A stretch of DNA of 64,000 bases from Selaginella moellendorffii (Eukaryota; Plantae; Lycopodiophyta): the NCBI RefSeq assembly GCF_000143415.4, contig NW_003314325.1, forward strand, positions 88,567-152,566. The letters run 5' to 3'. Shown here piece by piece: positions 47,101 through 59,900 of this stretch (the stretch's first letter is position 1; each line of letters begins with the position of its first letter). The translations under genes and the position numbers were made by a program. The notes beneath the pieces were generated by a model. It did no database searches and was not told the DNA's origin. It was given only the letters and a program-made list of their open reading frames with translations.

Positions 47101-49888
47101 TGAACAAATTATTTTTTATTATTTCTGAAAAAGAAAAATGGCTCTATTCACCTGTGCATAAACTACCAATTTCTTAATAAGTATATAAAGAAGCACAAGT
47201 ACCTTTTACGAAGTATTGAGGACTTGTTTGATATGTTGGGAAAAGAAAAATACTTCTTAAAAATTGACATAACGTTAGGATGCTACCAGATTATGGTAGC
47301 AAAGAAAGATGTTGAAAAGACAACCTATTAAATGAGGTATGGAAGCTTTGGGTTCCTAATAATGCTCTTTGGGCTGTGCAATGTACAACATTCTTAATGT
47401 TAATGAATTACATCTTTATATCTTATCTAAATCATTTATGATTGTTTATATTGATGACATTTTAATCTATAGCAAAACACTAGAGGAGTATGTCTAACAT
47501 TTGACAAAAATGTTTAAGAACTTAAGAGAACACAAATTGTATGCTAAAGAGAAACAAATATAACTTTACTCAATAAGAGGTAAAGTTTTTCAGGTATATA
47601 GTGGGCAAGGATGGGTTCAAAATGGACCCCAAGAAGGTTTAAGTGATATAAAAATAATGTACACAGGTGTTCTTGGGGTATATAATTACTATTAAAAGTT
47701 CATCAAACACTATTTAAGGGTAATTTTGCCTTTAGCAAACCAAATGGGAAAAAAGAAAATGGTATAAACAACAGAATGTAATATGGGATTTGTCCACCTC
47801 AAAAGAAAGTTGAGGAAGGCTCTCACGTTGGCATTACCAAATTTTAATAAAGACTTCAAGGTAGAAATGAATGTCTCAAACTTTGTATTACACGCAGTTT
47901 TGAAACAAAATAATCACTTAGTGGTATTCTTCTCAAAGAAATTGGACAAGACTTAGCAAAAGTGGTTTACTCATGAAAAGGAATTGTTTGTAGTGGTTAA
48001 GGTGTTCAAGGAATGGTAACATTACCTTGGGAGGCACTTCAAGGTATACATGGATAATGTAATAATAAAACACTTATTGTTATAACTAACCTCCAAAGAA
48101 AATAAGATCAATAACCAATGCTTTAACCGAGTTTGATTGCGAGATTCTATATAAACTTAAAAAGAGCAATGTCATGGTAGATGCTTTAAGTTGGAAAGAA
48201 AATTTGAAGTTGCTAGTATCTAGTACAACAACAACCTTCTAGGATGAAGTGCAAATAGTGTATGAAAATGATGGTTTAGTATAAAAAGTGTTACTAAGGA
48301 ATAGAGGCATAGGAAGTTTACTAGTGAGGCAAGCCACATAGGGAAAAAATAATTAATTATATGGAATGCAATGGACTCATTTATTATTAGCAAATAAGGG
48401 TATATATTCCACAAGAGTAATTAAAGAAGATAGCCTTAAAAGAGTGTCATGATGGATATCTTGCAAGACACAACAAAGTGCCCAAAACAATACGCTTACT
48501 CAAAAGAAAGTATCACTAACCATATATAGTTAAAAATGTTCAAAACTATGTAAAGACATGCTCAACATGTCAATAGATGAAAACCGTGAGTAAAGGTAGT
48601 GGGGGTTTGTTGCAAAGCTTTTTAATCCCTGATCATCTATAGAAATATCTTATTATAAACTTTATCACGGGACTCCCCCTCAAGTAAGGGGTTTGATACA
48701 ATATTCATGGTGGTGGATTAGTTTTTTAAAATGGAAAATTTCATACCCACCACAACAGAAGTAGATATGAAAGGTGTGGTGAAGCTTGTCAAGACCCCCA
48801 ACAAGTTCGGGACTAGAAAATACAAAAGACAAAGAGAAAAGTTAGTAGAGGTGAAGAAAAAACTTTAGACTGGTGTTGATTCAAATTGTGGAGAAATGGA
48901 ACAAAGCTAACTTATATATACTATAGGTTGATGAAGTTCCACCACTCTTGGATCGAGGACGGCCTAAATATAGCTGAGGTCAAGGAGGTGCCACATCATC
49001 ATCAGGAATGTGGTTCGAGAACCAGGAATCATACGGGAAATCAGAGAGTCAAGAAAAGGGAAGTGTCTCAAGAGTCAGGAATGTAGTCTTGTGGGTCAGG
49101 AATCCGACGAGAGTCAGGAATGTGGAAAGAATTGGGAGATTCCTGACAGCACCCCCTCCTCAAGAACAAGTGGAACGAGGACGTGAATGAGAACGAAGAG
49201 GAGGATGAGATGGGCGTCAAGGGAGATGGGGAATGAAAAGAATGACAACTGGGACAAGAAGGATAGTGGCGGTGGAAGTCCTGAACAAGGTCAAGAGAAT
49301 GAATTAGGTGGTTTGCAGGTTCCCAAGTGCGTTCCTCAGGTTCGTAACCTTTCTAGTCTACCATATAGTAGAGTTGAGACCGTGGGATCTTGGAGTCAAG
49401 GATGTCTTGAACCTCGTACTCAGACCCATCCTCAAGCTACACTGGTGGAGGTGGAGGAATGACCTGATTTGGAATAGGATTGAGAATATAAGGCTCAAGG
49501 AGAAAGGAGTGAAAAACGGGGTGAATTTGATATGAGGAGGGAAGTGCAAGGTGATAAGTGACAGGATTAATAATGGCAATGATAGGGAAAGGACCGAGGC
49601 ATTTGAAATCAAGTTTGGGACATGGCCTGGTGGTGGAGATATTTCGCCTAAGGAGTTAGACTTTATCCCTGATATTGTAAGAGGGACAATCCTGACAATG
49701 GACATTGGCAAATGTTTTGTGAGATTCCTGAGCATGATGGAGGTGGAAGGAGATGGAGTTGTGGATTTCCTAGAGGTTGGAGACAAATGCCTCAGAGTGG
49801 GGATTTGAACAAAAGGATTCAGATGGAGAAGGAAGTGAGAGATTGAATCTGGGATTTCGGCCAGAGTTGCAAATAAGGGGAAACTCGA

Positions 49889-49988
49889 NNNNNNNNNNNN
49901 NNNNNNNNNNNNNNNNNNNNNNNNNNNNNNNNNNNNNNNNNNNNNNNNNNNNNNNNNNNNNNNNNNNNNNNNNNNNNNNNNNNNNNNN
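49889..49988. other. Assembly gap (run of N)
   Basis: About 100 N characters. Confidence 0.98.
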
Positions 49989-51812
49989 GGAGTGAACGGA
50001 GTTATTATAAGAGAACTCAGTAAGGGGAAGGATATTGAACCAGTCATCTTAATGATAGTTGATGAAGCACCTCAGGAATTATTCCAACGTCTAAATCATT
50101 CGCTCGGACTATCCATCAGTTTGAGGATGATACGCTGAAGAGAGGTTGGCCTTCACTCCAATAAGCTGCAAGAACCATTGCTAGAAATGAGAGATGAATT
50201 GAGGTCCCCGATCCGAAACCACATCTACAGGAATCCCATGAAGTTAGAAAATTTCCCTAAATACCAGTTTTGCTATGTCCTTGCCCGAAAACTCCTTAGT
50301 ACACGGCAAGAAGTGCGCCATCTTTGTGAAGTGATCCACCACAACTAAAATGCTATTGAAGCCTTTAGAACTCGGAAGATCACTCAAAAAATCCATGGAG
50401 ATGGATTCCCAAGGACCTGAAGGGACCGGAAGGGAATGAAGCAAACCTGAAGGAAGGTGGTGAGGTACTTTATTCCGGGCACAAGTGTCACAAGAGGTAA
50501 CAAAAGCTTTGACGTAGTCATCCATGTGAGGCCACCAAAAGTCCCATGCAACCAGCTTATAGGTTTTCAGAATGCTGAAGTGACCAGCAGTCGGGCTATC
50601 GTGGCACGCCATCAAGACCAACCTTCGAGCATCACCTTCAAGAACGTAAAGCTGCTCCCCATAGTACAACAAGCCATTTAAGAACTCGAACTCGTTAAAT
50701 CATTGGAAGTCAGGAGTCACTGGATATCCAGCCTGAAGATGGGGGAAATATCACTAGCGAGGTCATCAGATTGAATATCGTTTCTGATCGTGTCCATCAA
50801 GGAGGAGTTCTGAGGAGCCAGAGAAATTGCCATAACTTGAAGCCGATCAAGACCGAGGATAACCTGATCCTGTTGATTGAAAGCAGGATTACCAAGCCTG
50901 AGACTGAGATAGGAGTGCCTTGAAAGAGCATCAGGAAGGCCCTGAAGCTTTCCAGGTCTATACTTGATAACAAAGGAATTGTGCCCACCTTGCCTGACAA
51001 CGGCTCAAAACTCGGGAAGTGGCAAAATACCCCAGATTTTTGTGATCTGTCCAAACCGTTGTTTGATGGCTTGCCCCCTTTGTAGGCTGGAATTTCCGAG
51101 AATGGAAAGCGATCGGATGAAATTCCTGATCCGCTTTGAGTTGAGATAGCACATCACCGATGGCAAAGTCGGAGGCATCCGCCTTGATGAAGAAAGGTTG
51201 TGAGGGATCAACGTGGATCAAGATAGGAGCAGAATTGAAGGCTGCCTTGAGTGTGTCAAAGGCCTGCTGGGCAGTAGTAGACCAAGAGAAGGGAACATCC
51301 TTGCGAGTGAGATGAGAGGAAGGACAATGTTGGAGTAGTGATCAATGAATTTGCGGTAGAAGTTGGCGAAGCCAAGGAAAACCTGAACGTCCAACATAGA
51401 TTGTGGAGGCTCCCATTCGAGAATAGTCTTGACTTTGGTAGGATCCATCATGATACCCTTAGGAGTGACAATGTACCCAAGGAACTCCACAGACTCCTAA
51501 TCAAAAGAACACTTCTCAAGCTTTGCATATAGACCGTGTTCTCGCAGCTTCGCCAGCACCTTGCACACATGCTCGTCATGCTCCTCTTGAGTTTTTGAGT
51601 AGATGAGGATGTCATCGAGGTAGACGATCACCATCTGATCAAGAAACTCCCAAAAGACGTTGTTTGCCATGTGTTGGAAAACTGCTGGAGCATTTGTCAA
51701 GCCAAACGGCATGACAATGTACTCGAAGTGGCCATAGCGGGTTCAAAATGTAGTCTTCCATTCATCGCCAAGCTGGATCTAGATCAGGTTGTATGCTCTA
51801 CGGAGGTCAATC

Positions 51813-53204
51813 TGTAAGCAACCAAAGGGAACGACTCGAGAGACGGTCCATAGGGTTCAAATATAGAGGGAAAGGGCCCATGAATAAGAGTGCACCCCCT
51901 TTTCCAATCGGTTAAGGGTCTTGGGATATTTGGGGTTAAACATCCTTGGGTTTGAATAGTACTGGGCTGGGTGACCTTTTAGGAAGTCCAAACTTAGGAG
52001 CTTACATTTGGTATCGGAGCGGTCTCGGGTCTGACTCTGTTGGTTGGCTAAGGGAATCACACCACATGTTGATTGACATCTGGCTGGTCCAGTTTGCTCC
52101 CGCTGGGCTCGACCCGAGGGGTAGGGTGTTAAGAGAGCGGGGCTCTTGGGAGAGCTGCGGCTCTCAACTTCCGTTCATGAGGGCGTGAACTTGCAGGGAA
52201 GCGTGGTGGATTGTAAGCAACCAAAGGGAACGACTCGAGAGACGATCCGTTGGGGTTCAAATATAGAGGGAAAGGGCCCATGAACAAGAGTGCACCCTTT
52301 TTTCCAATTGGTTAAGGGTTTTGGGATATTTTGGAGTTAAGCGTCCTTGGGTTTGAATAGTACTGGGCTGGGTGACCTCCCGGGAAGTCCAAACTCAGGA
52401 GCTTACATTTGGTATCAGAGGGGTCTCGGGTCTGACTCTGTTGGCTGGCTAAGGGAATCGCACCACATGTTGATTGACATCTGGCTGGTCCAGTTTGCTC
52501 CCGCTGGGCTCGACCCAAGGGGTAGGGTGTCAAGAGAGCGGGGCTCTCAGGAGAGCTGCGGCTCTTAGCTTCCGTTCACGAGGGCATCAACTTGCAAGGA
52601 AGCGTGGTGGATTGTAAGCAACCAAAGGGAACGACTCGAGAGACGATCCGTTGGGGTTCAAATATAGAGGGAAAGGGCCCATGAACAAGAGTGCACCCCT
52701 TTTTCCAATTGGTTAAGGGTTTTGGGATATTTTGGAGTTAAGCGTCCTTGGGTTTGAATAGTTCTGGGCTGGGTGACCTCCCGGGAAGTCCAAACTCAGG
52801 AGCTTACATTTGGTATCAGAGGGGTCTCGGGTCCGACTCTGTTGGCTGGCTAAGGGAATCGCACCACATGTTGATTGACATCTGGCTGGTCCAGTTTGCT
52901 CCCGCTGGGCTCGACCCGAGGGGTAGGGTGTCAAGAGAGCGGGGCTCTCAGGAGAGCTACGGCTCTTAGCTTCCGTTCACGAGGGCATCAACTTGCAAGG
53001 AAGCGTGGTGGATTGTAAGCAACCAAAGGGAACGACTCGAGAGACGGTCCATAGGGTTCAAATATAGAGGGAAAGGGCCCATGAATAAGAGTACACCCCC
53101 TTTTTCAATCGGTTAAGGGTCTTGGGATATTTGGGGTTAAGTGTCCTTGGGTTTGAATAGTACTAGGTTGGGTGACCTCCCGGGACCAAACTTAGGAGCT
53201 TAAA
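51813..53204 (+). mobile_element. Cassandra TRIM tandem array: 4 LTRs (start 51813, 52212, 52613, 53014) carrying 5S rRNA-like cores, 3 internal regions, TSD CAATC
   Basis: ~194-bp TG...CA LTRs contain GTTAAGCGTCCTTGGG...TAGTACTGGGCTGGGTGACCTCCCGGGAAGTCC (5S internal promoter region). tRNA-Met PBS TGGTATCAGAG follows the LTRs. Period ~400 bp. Inserted in the RT motif TKID|LR. Confidence 0.93.
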
Positions 53205-55941
53205 CAATCTTGGTGAAGAAGCGGGCACAGCCAAGGCATTCCAACAGGTCCAAGATCAGGGGCAGTGGATAACGGTTCTGAACAGTCACTTTGTTCAAAC
53301 CTCGGTAGTCGATGACTAGCCGCAAACTCCCATCCTTCTTCTTGACAAAGAAGACAAATGCTCCAACTGGGGACTGCAAATGCTGAATGTGCCCCGATGC
53401 ACGAACCACATTTCTGATGATGACGTGGCACCTCCTCGACTTCAGCTATATTTAGGCCGTTCTCGATCCAAGAGTGGTGGAGCTTCATCAACCTATAGTA
53501 TATATAGATTAACCTTGTTCCATTTCTCCACAATCTGAATCAATACCAATCTAAGGCCTTTTCTTCGCCTCCACTAGCTTTTCTCTTTGTCTTTTGTATT
53601 TTTCAGTCCTGATTTTGTTGGGGGTCTTGACAGTTTGATTCAAATTGTGCTTTTTGCTTTTTCTTTAGCTCATTTTGATTGTTTGACTGCCTTTGCCTTT
53701 TTTTCCCCCTTTTTCTTTCTTCTTTGCCAATGGAATCTCCAAGCCATCTTGATTTCTTTGCCAAAGTCTTTGCAAAAATCCAGTCTGAGAATACTGAGCT
53801 GAAAGCGACCCTTCTTCACATGCAACAGGAGTTTGCTTGACTTTCGGCTCAAGGATCAAACAAAGTTCCTGAATCGAAGGTGAGTTTCCTGGCGAAGTTT
53901 TCAGGCAAGCGTTCGGAGCTTTGCGGATTCCTGAACCAGATAGAGCTGATCTTCTCACTTCAATATCATTAACAACAAGTCTTCCTCTGTGGTGCTCGGC
54001 CTTCCTTGGTTCCAACTGCACCAGCCTCAGATTTTTTGGAAGGAATTACAGCTCGTCTCTCCCACGTCTTCCCCTGCTATTCATCGAGTCCGAATCAGGA
54101 AAAATTCCCTAAACTCAAATTGGGGTTCTATTCCTGACTCTACAAAGTTTTCACCCTCTTCGTTTCCCTCTCTTCCATCTTACACTAGACAGTATCCTCG
54201 TCCCATCATTTCATTCAGTCATATGCCTCCTCCTATCTCCACAATCACTATGAAAGAGCTCCTTCACGAAGAACCTATTTTCCTTTTTGCTTTGCATGTT
54301 TCTCCTGTCAGTCTTCCTAAGAAGTATCATGATTTTGGGGATGTGTTTGACAAAGTGTACTGCCTATTCATCAGCCTTACGACTGTCTTATTGATTTACA
54401 GGAAGGAGCGTCACCTCCGTGGGGGCCTATCTACGGGTTATCCCCGTCCGAGCTTAAGGCCCTCAAAGAGTACGTAGACAAGAACCTAGAATCAAGAATC
54501 ATACAAGAAATCAGAGAGTCAAGAATAGGGAAGTGTCTCGAGAGTTAGGAATGTGGTTTTGTGAGTCAAGAATCTAGCGAGAGTCAGGAATGTGGCAAGA
54601 ATTGGGGGATTCCTGACAAAGCTATTCTTTGAATAAGTTGTTTGAGTGGGGAAAGGCAAAAGAAATTATCTCAGTTTGATAGAAGAATTTCATTAACAAG
54701 TTCTAGAGAACTCTTCTAAAGTAATATTGCACTAAATTAAAATTCAACATAACCTATCACCCACAAACAAGTATTAAATATATACTTTAAATATAATGTT
54801 GAAGTTTTGAATTTTCTAGATCATGCTCAGGATTTTTAGTTTTCCACATTTCTTTTAACATTTTTCTTGACCATTTACAATCACTATTATTTCTTCCAAT
54901 CAATTCTATAGATTTTTTTATCAATATCAGTTTCATTGTTTTCTATGACACTATAATTGGGCTCGGCATTTTTTTTAATGGTTTTCCATATTTAATTTAT
55001 TTGTTCAAATTATCTTTAGACACAACTAAAGTTCTAGCAAGTTACAATTGCAACTAGATTAATGCAATAATATCAACTTAGCAACAAAATGAAACCTCTA
55101 ATGGCTGATTGGGCAAATCTATCCCATTCCACCTTTCTTAGTGAACAATAGTTTTTAGCATAGATAATCCACAACCATTTATTCAACATTGTTAACAACA
55201 CAATGCCATCATATTCTGAGGCCAAGATCCAAAATTTAGACTTTTTTCTTCATCTCTTATCATCTCTTCCTTTTTCCATTTTTTGAGTTTAGATTCCAAT
55301 TTTTCCCTTGTTATTTCCTTGTGTTTTCAAACTCCACATTTTATTCTTATTTTTTCTATTTTCTCTCTAACATTTCAATTTTCATCATCCATCTATCTAT
55401 GTGTGAGATTTAGCCATTCTGTTTCAGTTTACAAGCTTTAGGTTCTTGTTACATCAGAGTCTAGGCAATCCTTCATGTTGAGAGTCTAGGCAATCCTTCA
55501 CATTGGAGTGGGGTACAATTTTGGGCCTACTTCTGGATATGGATATACTTAGAGCTTATTCATTACACATTTCAGTGGTATTTTCAGTGAGAGATCGATG
55601 GGATTTTGATTGTGTGGTGAGGTTATGAGATTCCCTTGCATGAAACAAAGGCATTGAAAATCAAGATTGGGGAAAATATAGATAAGAGAGCATAACAATA
55701 GTAGTTTTCTTCAAAATAGCATTTTTAAATTTATTGTTTTCATGCTTCAAAAATTTTATTAATTATTTTTGGTTTACTTACATTAAAATTAAACTAGTAA
55801 ACTGGAATTATATTAGGGAAATGTTACAATACCAGTAAAGGCAGCTCTGTTTTTAGGGCTTCGAATTTAGGGTTCATGCTAGATCTAGTTCTTCCTCACG
55901 CGTGCGCGCAGAGGCTAGCGGGACCTAGGGCACCGGCGAGG

Positions 55942-56626
55942 ATGAGCACCAGCAGCGATGCCGTCAAAGCCCAGGCATTGGAGCTCCTCGCAAGCGCCGA
56001 GCGCCTCCCCCGCCTCGTTGTCTTCGATCTCGACTACACGCTGTGGCCCTTCTGGTGGTGAGTGAGTGAGCGACTGAGCGACTGAGCGCCTCTCTTTCTC
56101 TCCCTTCCTCAAGGTTTCTGGGTCGATTTTGATTTCTCTCCAGCGAATGCATGTCAAAGCGAGATAATCCGCGGCTCTATCCCCAGGTGACCGGGATTCT
56201 CAGCGCGCTCCAGGAGAAAGGCGTCGCCATGGCTGTGGCGTCGAGAACTCCCACACCCGACATTGCCACCGCCTTCCTCTCCAAGCTCAACCTTGCCACT
56301 CTCTTCTTCCCCAAGGTACTTTTCTCGTTCCTTCCAACTTCCAAAGTAATTCTTCTTTCCAGGAAATCTACCCGAGCTGGAGCCACAAGACCGAGCACTT
56401 CCAAAAGATCCATCAAAAGTCTAGCACGCCTTTCAAGGACATGCTCTTCTTCGATGACGAGCAACGCAACATAAAAGCAGTGAGCACAAAACCTTCTTTT
56501 CGTTTCGTTCTCTAAAACTTTTCTTTGTTCAAGGTTTCACAAATGGGCGTCACAAGCATTCTTGTGGACGAGGGCGTCAACCTGGAAGCTCTCCGGCAGG
56601 GGCTCAAGGATTACACCAAGAAATAG
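55942..56626 (+). CDS. MDP1: Magnesium-dependent phosphatase 1 (HAD IIIC), 4 exons
   Basis: LPRLVVFDLDYTLWPFW, AVASRTPTPDIA, EIYPSWSHKTEHF, MLFFDDEQRNI and MGVTSILV. Alternative upstream ATG at 55876. Confidence 0.92.
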
Positions 56627-57007
56627 CTCATCGATTCGAGGTTACAGGTAAGGAGAAATCTAAATGCATAGGCAGTAGGAGCGTATCTTGAGTGTCACTC
56701 TTCTAAACAGTGGAAGGCAAAACATCTCCACCACTTCGTACTTCTTGTACACTACCACCCATTCGCTTGTGGGACAGCCCATTCTTTCTTCCTCGTCTTC
56801 ATCGCTCGACGACTCAAGCCTCTCTCATTTCATCTCTATTCTTGCATTCTTTGCCCCTCTTCATTTTCATCACCACCATTGTATTCTTTGCTCGATTCCT
56901 TCTTTTCTTCCTTCTTTTCTTCGTAGGGTGTGTATATCCAAGATGTTGGAGTTCCTTTAGCATTCTGTTTCGAGAGAGTTAGATTCGTGAGAGAAGAAGC
57001 AAACACT

Positions 57008-57427
57008 ATGGGAGACCTCAAGCAATGGCGCATCCTGAGAGCTGCGACTCGAGCAAAGAAGAGATTGATTGGAATGGAAGAAAAGCATGTGAAATCTGCC
57101 AAGGCGGATAAGCTCGGCATCTTTTCCTGGAAAGAAAGCATGGAGAGATCGAGGAGATCCAATTCCATAGAAGTGATAGAATCTAGGCGAAGAGATGCCC
57201 CAGCCTCGCGGAGTTACATCCGATCCAGATATAAAGAGAGCGAGAAGGAATCGATCAAATCTGGGAAAATGGGAAAGAATCGATCGATGTCCATGACCTG
57301 CTTGTCTAGCCAGAGGATCTGGAAATGGAAGCTTGCGTCGTGCGCCTCGTTGGAGAAGCAAGTGAGCCGCAGCGCTTCCATCGCAAAAGCCTTAGAATTT
57401 AGAATCCTAGAACTCCGAAATTTCTAA
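57008..57427 (+). CDS. Hypothetical small basic Ser/Arg/Lys-rich protein
   Basis: 139-codon ORF preceded by a CT-rich UTR-like leader. No recognised domain. Confidence 0.35.
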   Translation: MGDLKQWRILRAATRAKKRLIGMEEKHVKSAKADKLGIFSWKESMERSRRSNSIEVIESRRRDAPASRSYIRSRYKESEKESIKSGKMGKNRSMSMTCLSSQRIWKWKLASCASLEKQVSRSASIAKALEFRILELRNF

Positions 57428-59049
57428 TCACGAATTTCCAAAGATGACAAATCCAAAAACAAGAATCTAAAACTGCGCACGCCTGCGTGAGAGAAGAATG
57501 TTGTTCTTGGACGAGGAGGAGAAAGAAAACTCCTCTCCTCTCATAAATTAGAATCCCATCCCTGCCCTTCGCTACTCCTAAAATCACGCAACTTGGTGCC
57601 ACCAGCGCTAGTGAAGCACCCCCACCGATCGATCCTGTACGGTGCTGCCCATACACACCACCGCCTCTACGAACATCTCCAGTAGCCTGGCCAGTGCCAT
57701 CATAATGTGGAGGTTGATCGACCACTGCAGTGCCTTCTATTGGGGTAGAGGTTCTTCTCTCCCCATGCTGTATGCGTATGCGATCTTTATGAATTGTCTA
57801 TAGATAAATAATGTATTTAGCCTAAAAACTCAAAGGAGACTAAGCATAAATTAAGTATGTTACACAAGGTTTTAAATCAACTGCAAAAAGTTAATTTAAA
57901 GCTAAAGTAATATGTATGTTCCATTTTATTATAATCATTTAACTACATTTTAAACCACTTAAAGTTAGGTCTTTATATATTGATTTTACATTTGGTTTAA
58001 TACTTTATGTGTTCAGTCCCACTTTAGATACCCAAAAGTGCTATTGCCATACTAAATTTTTATGCTAAAGCATTATCCATTTCCACTATTTCATTGGTAA
58101 TCCATAACCATTTATACCACAGTTTTAATTCTTCAAAGATTACACTATCCATCTATAAGTGGTTATTCTATGATCACACTTTATTATCTTTAAAATACCC
58201 AAGGGAATAACACCCCTTTTTCAATCCCTTTCCTTTCACAATAGTACTTAGTGAACACCTTCACTAGATCAGGGCTGTAAAACTTATCTACTAAATTCCA
58301 CTAACTTTTATGACTTTATCACCACATAACTATACCTTTAATTACTAAGTAAGAGGACCACCCCTCTTTTTTTTCATAGTCAAGGATTTTGGGATGATAG
58401 TTTGAAGTACCATACTCTAATGCAAGCCTTGTGTATACTTTAACTCTTGACTTTTTGAATTAAAGGTTTTAGTCTAAATGTGTTATACTTGTTGGGATTT
58501 TACTTTGGCTACTATCACATAACCCAAAAACTTATTAAATATGGAATGGCACTAGATTGCTAATTAAGACATGAGAATAACATGATGGTTTTAGGACACT
58601 CTCTAAATTCAATAAATATGCTCCACTAGCAAATTCAAGCACTTACTATAAATAGTATATGGGACTGAAATAAGACTAACACATGAACGAGGTTGTTTGG
58701 TAGATATAGTACGCTATCATGAAGCAATATTAGAGGACTAAACTCAATATGGTGAGGGTCTTTGATACAAGCCAATGGCATGAGTTTCTCAAATTGAGTT
58801 GAGTATACTCAATAAGAAACATATAGGAGTTCCTACCCTATGTTTATTCAATTTAAGTACACATGCATTAACTAGTTTATCAATTAGCTCAAGTGGGAAC
58901 TATAAAAGAAACCAGTTGTACCAATCTCCTACTATTATAGTAGTAAAGAGAGAGTGTTCATAAAGATTAGTTGACAAATATTTTTGATACTCAAAGTCAT
59001 ATTTGCAACACTCTTCCCCCTTAGGGAAAATTAACATCTTTATTGATGC

Positions 59050-59900
59050 ATACCCAAGTCTAGAAGAATGCAGTTAAGGCTAGCCCGAGGTTGGAATCCA
59101 AGTTTGAACTTACATCAACAAGAGAAGGTTGTTTGGAAGGACATGAAAAGTGAAAACAAATAAGAAAGCAAAGAAAAGAATACAAAGAGAGGAAAGAATT
59201 CATTGCTAATGAAAAATGCAATGAGTTGAGCTTTTTGTAAGTATTGTTGTGAAGGAGCTTGCCTTTGAAGGGCAAAGGAAATTCTGGATTCCACTGAAAG
59301 TTGAGCTAAAATCAAGTACAATAATCAAAGCTTGCAATAGCAAGAGAATCTAAGTTTGCAAGAGGTGCTGATATAAGACTTGGAGCATGATATCTAGTTG
59401 TGATGGCTGCTGTTGGATAGGGAATTTTGATGTTGCTGAAGAAGAGAAAGTCACTCTAAGTGCTTGTAGAAGTCTGGTGGGTGAACAAAGTGTTAATGCA
59501 TGGGAAAGTTGCCACAAAATCAAATGTGTTGTGTAGTTGTGGTTATACTAGATCTCCATGATGAAAATGGTATCTATGAAGGCTCCATGCTTGATGACAC
59601 CATGTTGAGAATTGGAGCTGAAACATGAAGAAACCTGGAGCTATGTGATTGTGCAATGCCAAAGCGGCTGAGTGGTGACTCCAAAGTGATGTGGAGCTGC
59701 TGTAGACTTAAGAAAACTTCCCTAAGTGTCAAGGAAGCCATGCAAAGACTCCTAAGTGTGGCCAAAGTTGAAAACAAAGATTAGAGCTATGTTTTTGCCA
59801 ACTTTGAGGGATGCACCACCTTTAACTCCATAGATAGCATATGCCACATCCAAATAGTGCTGTGAGGGGCTTAGATCCCTAAGGGAGGTTCCATACTAAT
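59050..59900 (-). mobile_element. Possible highly degenerate Ty1/Copia RT remnant
   Basis: Weak echoes of KSLYGL (ESLHGF), QSxxDPSLF (SSSMEPS) and YVDD (FIDTIFI), in the expected order. Confidence 0.35.

Larger units (their letters stand above)
48787..54618 (-). mobile_element. Ty3/Gypsy chromovirus (possibly Tcn1-like) with chromodomain; TSD AAGCT; 3' LTR 48787-49148
   Basis: RT: [33 protein letters not shown]. RNaseH: DASDFAIG. Integrase: CHDSPTAGH...CDTC, PWESISMDF. Chromodomain: EYEVQDILDS...KGYEPEERTWEP. PPT next to 49149. AAGCT at 48782-48786 and 54619-54623. Confidence 0.9.
46950..54790 (+). mobile_element. Old, heavily decayed Ty3/Gypsy pol (RT-RNaseH-integrase), split by the younger chromovirus insertion
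   Basis: [12 protein letters not shown] at ~47445, KMDPKKV, VVFFSKKLD, ECHDGYLA.H and FITGLP. The integrase resumes after 54623 (...KLKFNITYHPQT). Many stops. Confidence 0.8.

Noticed and set aside
52335-52390. 5S rRNA-like sequence (four copies)
   Set aside because: Only the internal promoter segment is present and it sits inside TG...CA LTRs, so it is Cassandra rather than a 5S rRNA gene.
51813-53204. Regularly spaced repeats, and the palindromic units at 39290-39665, as a CRISPR-like array
   Set aside because: Eukaryotic context, the spacers are themselves repeated, and there are no cas genes.
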